From: an uncultured Dehalococcoidia bacterium
GTDB taxonomy: Bacteria > Chloroflexota > Dehalococcoidia > Lucifugimonadales > CAJWER01
Assembly (NCBI GenBank): GCA_964384845.1
Contig: CAYLLU010000001.1
Location: 28,595 to 92,594 of the forward strand
Length of the DNA: 64,000 nt
Direction of reading: 5' to 3'
Shown here: positions 32,871 to 42,283 of the stretch, piece by piece
Position numbering within the stretch: position 1 is the stretch's first letter
How the letters are laid out: every line of letters begins with the position of its first letter
Notes under the pieces: model-generated
What the model was told of the DNA's origin: nothing
Seen by the model: only the letters and a program-made list of their open reading frames with translations
Databases searched by the model: none
Translations under genes and position numbers: made by a program

Positions 32871-34292
32871 TTATCTCACGGGTGGCCGGTACAGATGAAT
32901 AGCCTCACCATCCGCGTCTAGAGCAGCCTCTTTGATAATCTCTGAGATCGTGGGATGAGGATGAACCAGCCAACTCAGTTCTTTGTTTGTACTCTCCAAC
33001 AACTTAGCCATCGAAAGCTCCCCAAGTAGTTCGGTCACCTCCGCGCCAATCATGTGGGCGCCCAGAATATCGCCGATCTCAGCGTCGAGTACGAGCTTGA
33101 TCATCCCTTCTGGCTCTCCCATTCCCAGGGCCTTGCCATTGGCAGATATCTGGAACTTGCCAACCTTGACATCGTGGCCATTCTCGCGGGCCTGGGCCTC
33201 GGTCAACCCGAAACTGCCGATCTGGGGCCTGCAATAGGTCGCCCGTGGTATCAAGTCGTAGTCCAGTTCGGGCGGCTCAAGCCCTGCTATATGCTCCACC
33301 ACGGTGACCCCCTGGGCCGAGGCCACATGGGCAAGAAGGAGTCGGCCGGTTACGTCCCCGATGGCGTAGATCCCGAGTACATTAGTCTGCATGCGTTCAT
33401 CGACCGAGATGAATCCTCGGTCGATGTCCACACCGACGTTCTCTAGACCGATGCCATCCACGTTACCCTGTGTACCAACAGCGACGAGCACCTTTTCGCA
33501 CTCGATCTCGGTGGTTTCAGACTTACCCTTCACTATGACTCGGGCCACGCCGTTCCTGACTTCGATACTCTCGACACTGGCGTCGGTAATCGAATTGATG
33601 CCCTGCCGTCTGAAGGCGCGCTCAAGGTGCTGGCTGATCTCCGCGTCCTCGGTAGGCACTAGGCGCGGCATGAGTTCGACTAGGGTTACTTCCGAGCCGT
33701 AAGAGCGCCAGATGTACGCGAATTCTGCACCAGTGGCCCCGGCTCCCACGATTACGGCCCTAGGTGGCACCTCGTCGGTCTCAAGCGCCTCCCGGCTTCC
33801 TATCACGATCTCGCCATCAATGGGCAGTGACGGGATAGCGCGCGGCCTTGCGCCGGTGGCGACTATGACCTTGTCGGCCGTGAGTTTTCGGTCCTTGTTT
33901 TGGATATCTACGGTGCCGGGGTCGAGAAGGACCCCACTGCCACTTACGATCTCAACGCCGTTCTTGTCCAACAAGAAGCGTACCCCCGAGGTGAGCTTCT
34001 TGACCACTTCCCTACTACGACGAACCGCTTTGGAAAAGTCGAACTCAATGTTATCGGCAGTGATGCCGAACTCCTCAGCGTGCTTGAAAAGCCCGACGAC
34101 CTCAGCGTTCCTGATAAGAGCCTTACTGGGTATGCAGCCCCAGTTGAGGCAAACTCCCCCAACCTCCGATCTCTCCACGATAGCGGTCTTCATCCCCAGT
34201 TGTGCCGCGCGAATCGCTGCTACGTATCCCCCTGGCCCAGAGCCCATGACAACCAGATCGAAGTCTGCCAAAAAACACCTCTCTTCATCCAA
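32871..34292 (-). CDS. lpdA: dihydrolipoyl dehydrogenase (E3)
   Basis: FDLVVMGSGPGGY FAD motif, redox-active disulfide GGVCLNWGCIPSK, and C-terminal HPHPTISE. Confidence 0.9.
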   Translation of the reverse strand: MDEERCFLADFDLVVMGSGPGGYVAAIRAAQLGMKTAIVERSEVGGVCLNWGCIPSKALIRNAEVVGLFKHAEEFGITADNIEFDFSKAVRRSREVVKKLTSGVRFLLDKNGVEIVSGSGVLLDPGTVDIQNKDRKLTADKVIVATGARPRAIPSLPIDGEIVIGSREALETDEVPPRAVIVGAGATGAEFAYIWRSYGSEVTLVELMPRLVPTEDAEISQHLERAFRRQGINSITDASVESIEVRNGVARVIVKGKSETTEIECEKVLVAVGTQGNVDGIGLENVGVDIDRGFISVDERMQTNVLGIYAIGDVTGRLLLAHVASAQGVTVVEHIAGLEPPELDYDLIPRATYCRPQIGSFGLTEAQARENGHDVKVGKFQISANGKALGMGEPEGMIKLVLDAEIGDILGAHMIGAEVTELLGELSMAKLLESTNKELSWLVHPHPTISEIIKEAALDADGEAIHLYRPPVR

Positions 34293-35236
34293 ATTAGAAG
34301 GATAATTATTTTACACTATCTGCTGAGCCGTCTTAAAAAAGAGACCCGTAGCTGGATTGAATCCTGTGCCTCTCCCTGGTAAGATTATCCGGCAGCCAAT
34401 CCTATCGGGAACGGTGAGCAAAATGTCCAGGATGGTCGTCGACTTCCAAACCATTCCTGCGACGACATAGAGCCCACCAATACCTTCCCGATGGCGTCGG
34501 GAGGGTTTTTGTATCCAGCCCACAGCAATTTTGGTGAGTGTGTTGCGGACATACCTACGGTTCGCGCAGTTTACCACACTACTACTAGTGCAACCACCAG
34601 ATTCCCCATGGTACCAAGCGAGGGTGATGACGTCGGCGGTGTGGACGTGCGTGGTGTACCCTTACGACGAAAATGCTCCGACCGATGACCTTGCTCTCGG
34701 ATGCCCATGGCTTCATGCTATGCAAAGGTAGCTTCTTTGGTCATCAGTCGATATTCGGCGCCATACGCTGTATTGAGGAGAGTGGTGTCGGTACAGAGTT
34801 CGACATAGGAGTGGTCTCGGACTTACACCCCAGTCTCAACGAGGTATGCACTGCTGTGTCGCGACCAACACGAACCCGATTGCCGAGGACAACTCGGGGG
34901 CGAAATAAGCGCATCGGTGGCCAAGGCATCGGGGATGGTACACGCTGTGAAGAGCAAGGTCGACACTGCAAGTATTACACTTGGCAACAGCCTGGAAACA
35001 GTCGCTATTCTCTTCGTGAGTGCCCTCGGCGACATCACATCAACGGTCAGACCCAGCATACGATGGACTATGGCGAGGAGCGTGTCGCCATCGGCACAAA
35101 GACAGAAGTAGACATAACCCTCGGTAGGCTGCTATCCGAGGTCCCGTCGTGATGAGCTGGACTATCAGACATGGGCTTCGAGCCTCCCTTGGCCCAGCTC
35201 GACTATCTTCGATTTCTGAGTTGACTTAGGTGCAGC

Positions 35237-36160
35237 ATGGGTAGTCCCCGACAACGCTCTAGGATCGGGTTCGTAGGCGCAGGGATCGTCGGCAAGTCGC
35301 TTGCCCTGGCACTATCCCGGCAGGGGTACCCAGTGGTTGCCGTAGCGAGCCGCAGCTACTCGTCGGCCCAGGAGCTTGCACACCTGGTTGATGGCGCCAC
35401 GGCGTACCGTACGCTGGGAGAATCCGCCGGATCCTGCGATGTCATGTTCCTCACATGCCCGGACGATGCCATCGGCGAGGTAGCGTCCATGGTGCCATGG
35501 AAAACCACACAGGCAGTGGCGCACTGCTCCGGGGCGTCTTCTGTCGACGTGCTGGAACCTGCTAGTGTGCTCGGGGCCTCAGTAGGTACATTCCATCCTA
35601 TGAACGCGTTCTCTTCTGTGGAGAATGGAGTGGGAAGCCTGCCCGGCACCACCTTTGGTATTGAGGGCGACGACGAAATGAAAGCCTATCTCAAGCAGAT
35701 GGCGTTGGACATAGGCGGGCGTCCAATCTTTCTTCGGCCAGAGGACAAGGTGCTCTACCACCTATCCGGGGTCATGATGGGCGGGCTATTGTCGACAGAG
35801 GCTGCTGTTGCGGCGCAACTATGGGAGCAACTAGGGATGAGCAGGGACGACGGGGTACGGGCCCTGGCACCCATGATACGGCAAGTCTCGTTAAACTTGG
35901 AATCGTTGGGGGTCCCAGGTGCACTAGCAGGACCATACGTTAGAGGGGACCTAGGCACAGTCCGAAAGCACCTTCAGACACTGAGGGCCAGGGCCCCGGA
36001 TGTCCTGCCACTCTACTGTCACATGGCGCTGGCCGGACTCCCATTCGCTCTCGAAAAGGGCTCACTGGATCTCGAAATGGCAAAGGATATCCGCGATCTG
36101 GTCGACGAGTATCGGAGCCTGGACGGAGGCAACTCGAATGAAAGACAGAAATGGACGTAG
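35237..36160 (+). CDS. panG: Rossmann + DUF2520 protein, putative PanG-type ketopantoate reductase
   Basis: RIGFVGAGIVGKSLALAL NAD(P) motif. 307 aa with the COG5495-like architecture as I recall it. Lies immediately upstream of panB-panC on the same strand. Confidence 0.5.
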   Translation: MGSPRQRSRIGFVGAGIVGKSLALALSRQGYPVVAVASRSYSSAQELAHLVDGATAYRTLGESAGSCDVMFLTCPDDAIGEVASMVPWKTTQAVAHCSGASSVDVLEPASVLGASVGTFHPMNAFSSVENGVGSLPGTTFGIEGDDEMKAYLKQMALDIGGRPIFLRPEDKVLYHLSGVMMGGLLSTEAAVAAQLWEQLGMSRDDGVRALAPMIRQVSLNLESLGVPGALAGPYVRGDLGTVRKHLQTLRARAPDVLPLYCHMALAGLPFALEKGSLDLEMAKDIRDLVDEYRSLDGGNSNERQKWT

Positions 36161-36221
36161 ACGTGACTAGGACAGAGACTAGTACAGGCCCTCACTCAGG
36201 GACGGCAGAGGAGGTACCGGG

Positions 36222-37079
36222 ATGCGAATGACCAAAGCGGGGATAACAGAGATGAAGCGCCGCGGCGAGAAGATCGTGATGCTCACTTGCTACGATTATC
36301 CGACCGCCGTCTGGGAAGACGAGTCCGGGGTCGACATCGTCTTTGTCGGGGACAGTGTTGGAACGAACGTGCTCGGATATGAGAGTGAGAAAGAGGTCAC
36401 ACTGGACGATATGATCCATCACTTGAAGGCCGTCCGGAGGGGCGTCTGCCAAGCCTACCTGCTCGTCGATCTCCCCTACCTGACGTATGAGACAACTGAG
36501 GATGCCCTCCGAAATGCCCGCAAATTAATGTCTCACGGCGCCGACGGCGTGAAGATGGAGGGTTTCAGGCCCGACATCGTCAAGAACCTAGTACAAAATG
36601 GGATTCAGGTTTGTGCCCATCTCGGACTGAATCCACAGATGCACGAAAAGAAGGGACTTCGCGTTAAGACTGCCGTAGCCGCCACTAGGCTAATCTCGGA
36701 ATCTGAAGGCTTGGAGGATGCCGGGGCCTGGCTCATAGTTTATGAGCTGATACCTGAGGAGGTAGCGAGGGAGGCAACCCGCAGGCTATCGATACCCACA
36801 ATCGGAATTGGAGCTGGACGACACACGGACGGTCAGGTCCTGATCGTATCAGACATGCTCGGGATCAACGAATTCGACTTGAAGCACGTCCGGAAGTACG
36901 ACAACCTCCACGATAGAGCGACTCAGGCGATTCGGCGACACGTTGCCGAGGTCAGATCCGTAGAATTCCCCGACATCGATAATGTGCGCCATCTCGTTGA
37001 CAAGGAGTCCCAGGCCTTTGACGAGATTCTGTCGACGACCAGTATGGCGGGCGACACCACTGTGCGGAATCGTGGTTGA
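36222..37079 (+). CDS. panB: 3-methyl-2-oxobutanoate hydroxymethyltransferase
   Basis: KIVMLTCYDYPTA, VGDSVGTNVLGY, and VKMEG. Confidence 0.9.
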   Translation: MRMTKAGITEMKRRGEKIVMLTCYDYPTAVWEDESGVDIVFVGDSVGTNVLGYESEKEVTLDDMIHHLKAVRRGVCQAYLLVDLPYLTYETTEDALRNARKLMSHGADGVKMEGFRPDIVKNLVQNGIQVCAHLGLNPQMHEKKGLRVKTAVAATRLISESEGLEDAGAWLIVYELIPEEVAREATRRLSIPTIGIGAGRHTDGQVLIVSDMLGINEFDLKHVRKYDNLHDRATQAIRRHVAEVRSVEFPDIDNVRHLVDKESQAFDEILSTTSMAGDTTVRNRG

Positions 37080-37092
37080 CGACGAACGGCAT

Positions 37093-37920
37093 ATGAGAGT
37101 CATCACGACGATAGACAAATTCCGTGCAGCAATATCTGGGCTCAGCAGGCCGCTGGGGCTAGTGCCGACCATGGGCTCACTCCACAATGGCCACATGTCT
37201 CTGATAAATCGCGCACGGAACGAAAATGCTACCTTGGTGGTGAGTGTCTTCGTGAACCCGTCCCAGTTCGGTCCGCAGGATAACTACGCCTCCTATCCAC
37301 GGAACTTGGACAAAGACCTCACGAAATTGGGTGAGGCCGGTGTAGACCTGGTATTGGCGCCGTCAACGGAGGAAATGTATCCTACGGGCTCTCACACCCG
37401 CGTGGATGTCGGGAAAATCTCAAATAGGCTGGAGGGAGCATCCCGTCCCAACCACTTTGTAGGCGTAGCTACGGTGGTAACCAAGTTGCTGTCTATTGTC
37501 CGGCCCGACACTGCGTACTTTGGCCAGAAGGACGCTCAACAAGACTTGGTTATACGGCAACTCAATGCCGATCTGAACCTGGGGGCACAGATAGTCCTGT
37601 GCCCGACAGTGAGGGAGCCGGACGGGCTGGCCCTCAGCAGTCGAAACACCGCACTGAACACTAATGAGAGACGGGCGGCTGTAGTGCTATATCGGGCACT
37701 GTCGGTTGCTATGGACATGAGCACAGGTGATGCCGAGCCTATGAGGCGACGGATGCGGGAGATTATCGAGTCGGAACCGCTGGCCACTCTTGACTACGTG
37801 AGCATCACTGATCCACAGACCCTTGACGAACTAGATAAGGTGGCCGGTCCAGCCCTAGCACTCGTGGCCACTTGGATTGGCCAGACACGACTCATCGACA
37901 ATATGATCATTGGAGAATAA
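37093..37920 (+). CDS. panC: pantoate--beta-alanine ligase
   Basis: LVPTMGSLHNGHMSLI and FVNPSQFG. Start set at ATG 37093 (MRVITTID...); the track ORF carries a 37-codon extension that overlaps panB. Confidence 0.9.
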   Translation: MRVITTIDKFRAAISGLSRPLGLVPTMGSLHNGHMSLINRARNENATLVVSVFVNPSQFGPQDNYASYPRNLDKDLTKLGEAGVDLVLAPSTEEMYPTGSHTRVDVGKISNRLEGASRPNHFVGVATVVTKLLSIVRPDTAYFGQKDAQQDLVIRQLNADLNLGAQIVLCPTVREPDGLALSSRNTALNTNERRAAVVLYRALSVAMDMSTGDAEPMRRRMREIIESEPLATLDYVSITDPQTLDELDKVAGPALALVATWIGQTRLIDNMIIGE

Positions 37921-37923
37921 GAT

Positions 37924-38736
37924 TTGAGAATCCTGGTGACAAACGACGATGGGGTCAATTCGGAAGGATTGTGGCACCTTGCCAAGGCTTTGAGTGCTGT
38001 TGGTAAAGTGAGTATCGTTGCCCCAGACCGCGATCAAAGTGGGGTCGCCGCTTCACTGACGCTTACTTCTGTGCTGCGAGTCCAGGCGATGCAGTCGCCA
38101 CTGGACGGCATAGTCGCCAATGCGGTCCAGGGCACGCCAGGGGATTGCGTCATCTTGGCCGTCGAGTCACTCTTGGAAAAGCCACCAGACCTTGTTGTGG
38201 CTGGCATAAACCGAGGTGCGAACCTCGGGCACGATGTCCTTATCTCCGGCACGGTCGGGGCTGCAGCCCACGGCTATATGAAGGGATTCACCTCCGTGGC
38301 TGTGTCTGTCAAGTACACCAATGAAGAGGTGCGATATACAGTCGCGGCCAGGGCCGCAGCCGCTGTGGCACGGGCGTTGAAAAAAGTCCCTCTCGACGTG
38401 CCTCAACTGATCAACCTCAACGTGCCCGATCTGTCCGCCGAGGAGATCAGGGGGGTAGAACTAACGCGGCCTGGCCCAAGATCGTTTCTGGAGACGGTTA
38501 CGAAGGGACGTGACGGAAGTCGTACTCACTATTGGATTGCGGAGGACAGGATCCTCGACGTCGGGGCTGAAGGGACCGACCTTGGGGCCATCAAAAAAGG
38601 TGCTATCTCACTATCGAGCCTGGATTTCGGCTTTCACGAGGGTCCGCAGACAGCATCGCTGGACTTCCTGGTCGAGGCCGTGCAAGTCGAGCTGGGACTA
38701 AAGGGTAACGAAAAGACGGGCGTATCAGGAGGCTAG
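37924..38736 (+). CDS. surE: 5'/3'-nucleotidase SurE
   Basis: (M)RILVTNDDGVNSEGL and GINRGANLG. TTG start 3 nt after the panC stop. Confidence 0.85.
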   Translation: MRILVTNDDGVNSEGLWHLAKALSAVGKVSIVAPDRDQSGVAASLTLTSVLRVQAMQSPLDGIVANAVQGTPGDCVILAVESLLEKPPDLVVAGINRGANLGHDVLISGTVGAAAHGYMKGFTSVAVSVKYTNEEVRYTVAARAAAAVARALKKVPLDVPQLINLNVPDLSAEEIRGVELTRPGPRSFLETVTKGRDGSRTHYWIAEDRILDVGAEGTDLGAIKKGAISLSSLDFGFHEGPQTASLDFLVEAVQVELGLKGNEKTGVSGG

Positions 38737-38737
38737 A

Positions 38738-39064
38738 TTGATATACGAGTATAGAGTCTATGAGGCCGTCGAGGGCAAGTTGGAGAATATCCAGTCGCGG
38801 TTCAGGGACCACACCGTGAAGCTCTTGGAAAAGCACGGCGCTAAGACCATCGGCTACTGGACGCCGGAGATCGGGGACTACAATGACCGTCTGATCTACA
38901 TCCTCGCCTTCGAAAGTTCGCAGCAGCGGCAAAAGGCCTGGGATGACTTTCGCTCTGCCCCCGAGTGGCACAGGGTCCGAGACGAGTCTGAGGCAAACGG
39001 ACCTATCGTGGCCAGGGTGATGAACACGATCCTCAAGCCCACCGACTATTCGCCATTACAGTAA
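38738..39064 (+). CDS. NIPSNAP family protein
   Basis: IYEYRVYEAVEGKL...IGYWTPEIGDYNDRLIYILAFES, a dimeric alpha-beta-barrel pattern. TTG start with CAGGAGG 6 nt upstream. Confidence 0.7.
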   Translation: MIYEYRVYEAVEGKLENIQSRFRDHTVKLLEKHGAKTIGYWTPEIGDYNDRLIYILAFESSQQRQKAWDDFRSAPEWHRVRDESEANGPIVARVMNTILKPTDYSPLQ

Positions 39065-39194
39065 GACGGCCTCATTCAAATTAAGAAGCTTCATCTACAA
39101 GTACCGAGTCCAAGAGCACGCTCCCGACACTCTGGATGACGTCCATGCCGAGGACGGTTCGTCGAAGACTGAACACCCGGTTCAAAAATCCCTA

Positions 39195-40238
39195 TCACTC
39201 ACCCTTCAATACCTTCATCTCATCTTCCAACTCCGCGATCCTCGCAAGGAGGTCTTCGTTGTTGCCGGTTGGGGGTCTGTCACTGGTAGAATAGGCTCCC
39301 AGGACCGTCTCTTCCATTATGAGACTGGGGCGAGGGTCTAGTAAAAGACGCAGCACGTCCGGGCGTGCGTAGTGTCCCACTGAGTCCATACGGAGCTTCC
39401 TGCGGACGATTTCTTGGAGGTCTAGGTCAGCAACGACCATTCCTTCACCCTGCCTGATAGGCTCGGCTAGGTGGCAACCATTGGGCCCTATGATGGCCGT
39501 GAAGGAGGAGTCGGGGTCCAAGCTCTCTCGAAATTTGGGGTCCGGACAGAGTTCGGCGACCTGGTCGGGTTCCAACCAGCCGGTGGCGTTTACGACGAAG
39601 CACCCGGACTCGAGTGCGTGGTGGCGTATTGTCACCTCGATCTCATCAGCGAAACCGGAGCGGCCGACATACCCTGGAAAATGGGAGCAGTGGATCTGCT
39701 CCCGCTGGGCCATGAGAGCGTACCGGGCCAGGGGCATATAGTGCTCCCAGCAGATTAGCGGACCCACCCTACCCACGGCCGTTTCCACAACCTGGAGGTC
39801 GGAGCCATCCCCCCATCCCCAGACCATACGCTCATGGTAGGTGGGCATGAGCTTCCTACGTTTGAGCAGAAGCTTCCCATCAGCGTCGAAGATGATCTGG
39901 GTGTTATACAAGCTGCCACCGTCTCGTTCATTCACCCCTAGGACCACCACCATGTCCGCGGAAGCGGCAGCTGCGCCAACAGCCTGGGTCACTGGGCCCG
40001 GGACATCCACCGACTCCTCAAACAGCCTCAGGTGCAACTCGGCGATCGTCGCGGGGGCCTGCCAGTTGGCAAAGTATGGATAGTTGGGAATGAACGTCTC
40101 AGGAAACACCAGAAGATCGACATCTTTCCTCTCGGCCTCGCAGATGGCTTCCAAAACCTTCTGTGTACTGCCGTCCCGATCAAAGAGGACTGGCGCTAGT
40201 TGCACGGCCGCAGCGCGAACTATGCGTGAACTTACCAC
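39195..40238 (-). CDS. nitrilase (carbon-nitrogen hydrolase superfamily) with C-terminal coiled tail
   Basis: Glu-Lys-Cys triad context: LVFPETFIPNYPY, LLKRRKLMPT, and LICWEHYMPL. Confidence 0.8.
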   Translation of the reverse strand: MVSSRIVRAAAVQLAPVLFDRDGSTQKVLEAICEAERKDVDLLVFPETFIPNYPYFANWQAPATIAELHLRLFEESVDVPGPVTQAVGAAAASADMVVVLGVNERDGGSLYNTQIIFDADGKLLLKRRKLMPTYHERMVWGWGDGSDLQVVETAVGRVGPLICWEHYMPLARYALMAQREQIHCSHFPGYVGRSGFADEIEVTIRHHALESGCFVVNATGWLEPDQVAELCPDPKFRESLDPDSSFTAIIGPNGCHLAEPIRQGEGMVVADLDLQEIVRRKLRMDSVGHYARPDVLRLLLDPRPSLIMEETVLGAYSTSDRPPTGNNEDLLARIAELEDEMKVLKGE

Positions 40239-40534
40239 GGCTCCCCTCCCCCTTAATTATATTCCCGGAAACACCGCACGAGACAGATGCAGTATAGCAA
40301 CGTCCCCATTAACGAACAATGTCAGCGGGCAAGGCGCCAGCCCAGGCGCTGATCCCGGTCGCCAATGTCGTCGTGCCGGAATACTCGCAGCCGCATATTA
40401 TGAGCCTCACGTCATCTCCTATGGGGAAGGTGTTCGCGTACATTTATCAAGCAGGCCGCTAAGATTCAACGATGGAGAGCCGTGGTATCATGCCTGCTGT
40501 GATACGGGTGCATCGCACCGATTGAGGACAGGAT

Positions 40535-40819
40535 ATGTACGCTGAGGCAATCAGACGGGTGGCCGTGGTAGGCTCAGGCCCCATGGAGAGCGGGATCACA
40601 ATCCAGTTCGCCATAGGCGACTACGATGTGCAATTAGGCGACGTCTCCAATGAAAGGTTGGAGCTGGCTGTCAATACCATGGCCACTAATCTCGAATTGA
40701 TGCGAGACCTGGGAGTGAAGTCCGACAAAGGGTTTTACAAGTGGGAAGACGAGCAGATGGCGGCGATCCGCCAGAAGGTTGGTAAGGCTCTGGCTGAGAT
40801 CGGGCAGTTTCCCGATTGA
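40535..40819 (+). pseudogene. internally deleted 3-hydroxyacyl-CoA dehydrogenase remnant (94 aa)
   Basis: N-terminal NAD-fold start IRRVAVVGSGPMESGITIQFA (the third glycine of GxGxxG is replaced by E). It is joined after about 50 residues directly to the extreme C-terminal motif GVKSDKGFYKW. About 200 residues of the normal enzyme are absent. Confidence 0.5.
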
Positions 40820-40918
40820 GCGCTGAGTGAGCCAAAGATGGCACATGCCCCGGGCTAGGCACCTCTGCGCACCACTTAACCGTGTAATAAAATCTAAGAC
40901 TAGAAGCGAGAGACACAA

Positions 40919-41350
40919 ATGATACAGAAGATGCATCACACCGGGTTCGTCGTTTCCGATCTCGACAGGGCGGTCGAGTTCTATGAGAGTGCTATCGGCC
41001 TGGAAGTACAAGCTAGGTTTGAGAGGCGGGGTGGCCCCATTGAAAAGGTAGTCGGATACAATGACGCCTATCTGCAGATCGCGATCATGGGCATCGGCGG
41101 CGAGCATGTGCTGGAACTGATCAAGTATGTTAGCCCCACGCCAGGAGATCGGCCAACCTCGGAAAGGAGCGTCATTGGGGGTAGTCACCTCGCGTTCACA
41201 GTCGATGACATTCAGGCGGCATACAAGAACCTGTCGGCGGCCGGCGCCAATATGCTCAATGCTCCTGTCTCGGTAGCGCCGGGGAAAACGGTGTGCTATT
41301 TGCAGGACTTGGACGGCAACTGGCTGGAACTGATGGAGTTTACGGAGTAG
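40919..41350 (+). CDS. VOC (glyoxalase/bleomycin resistance/dioxygenase) family protein
   Basis: HHTGFVVSDLDRAVEFYESAIGLEV...HLAFTVDDI...DLDGNWLELME. Confidence 0.75.
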   Translation: MIQKMHHTGFVVSDLDRAVEFYESAIGLEVQARFERRGGPIEKVVGYNDAYLQIAIMGIGGEHVLELIKYVSPTPGDRPTSERSVIGGSHLAFTVDDIQAAYKNLSAAGANMLNAPVSVAPGKTVCYLQDLDGNWLELMEFTE

Positions 41351-41672
41351 CTAGCCTCTCGGCATCACACTCGTTGCAGATACATAGTGCACGCAACATG
41401 TCGAAGGGGTAGATGCCAGTGTAGTGTGCGTCGCTCCACAGAAACTGTATGGCATAATGTCCGACCAGCAGATAATCCTCAGCGCGTATATCGGCGGGAA
41501 CGGTGGCAGGGTCTAGAATCTTCCGACGGCTCCACTCTTCGACGCACTGGGCACATGAACAACTCACGCGAAGGTACTTGGCATCGTAGAGACTACGGTG
41601 ACCATCGTTCCACCCGACCATAACTCCATCGTCGCCTAGTTCAACACTCTCAATTCCCAAGCCTTCGCTCAT
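41340..41672 (-). CDS. DUF971 (gamma-butyrobetaine hydroxylase-like N-terminal domain) protein
   Basis: VGWNDGHRSLYDAKYLRVSCSCAQC...VGHYAIQFLWSDAHYTGIYPFDMLRAL. The 3' end overlaps the VOC gene 3' end by 11 bp. Confidence 0.75.
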   Translation of the reverse strand: MSEGLGIESVELGDDGVMVGWNDGHRSLYDAKYLRVSCSCAQCVEEWSRRKILDPATVPADIRAEDYLLVGHYAIQFLWSDAHYTGIYPFDMLRALCICNECDAERLATP

Positions 41673-42283
41673 ATGCTTCTCTCCGACAGGGCTTTAGAGG
41701 CAACCGCGCCAACGACGTCATCCTATTCGCAAGTGTACATCGCCGGATCAAATTATTATTCGAACTTTAAGCTATTTGATCGCCAACCGGCAGACGACCA
41801 GATCAATGAAACCCACCTATGCTGCTGAGAGCTTGTTCTCCCTATTCCCCACCCGCTAATTACGGTACACTCTATCCCGCTGTCTAGTATAAGCACAAGA
41901 TGGTGTGTCAGGAATCGGGTCGGGCCAGGTTCCAGGTGGTGGGATAGAGTCTAGCCTGCAACAACTAAAATCTGACATAGCAAACCAATCACTGATACCA
42001 CATCTGAACTCCTCAATCGCCTCAAGTCAAACAGCGCGCCGCCATAAGATGCTGCCGACCCTATAAGAGCAGGTGAGAGACGATTGAATGGAATCATCTC
42101 GGGATACAGCGACCATCATCCATCTCCCAGGACCTGAGATGGGGTCATCCATGCAGATGGTTTGATAACTTCATCATGCGCATAAGACAGGTAGCAAATG
42201 TACACATTTCCTAATATGTACGATATGTACGGAGAGGTCTAGGTGATGAGCATGCCCCGCCTCGCTCGCCCTATCCAGCGACG

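Noticed and set aside
34320-34360. Group II intron domain V-like sequence (GAGCCGT...)
   Set aside because: Only the first 7 nt resemble domain V. No complementary 3' half, no catalytic-triad context, and no intron-encoded RT nearby.
34673-35152. 159-aa ORF as a real gene in the lpdA-panG gap
   Set aside because: Arg/Cys/Gly/Thr-rich composition, no start context and no recognisable domain. The region is reported instead as an unexplained ORF-less tract.
36982-37092. N-terminal extensions of track ORFs: panC 36982, CoA-transferase 43819, crotonase 43053, Hcy-MT 14763, gatA 54666, gatC 54910, PT-stalk protein 27063, E2 30861, membrane protein 5933
   Set aside because: The extensions overlap the upstream gene or encode Arg/Cys/Pro-rich non-homologous sequence. 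Family-typical N-termini with SD-like sequences begin at the internal starts used in the feature table.
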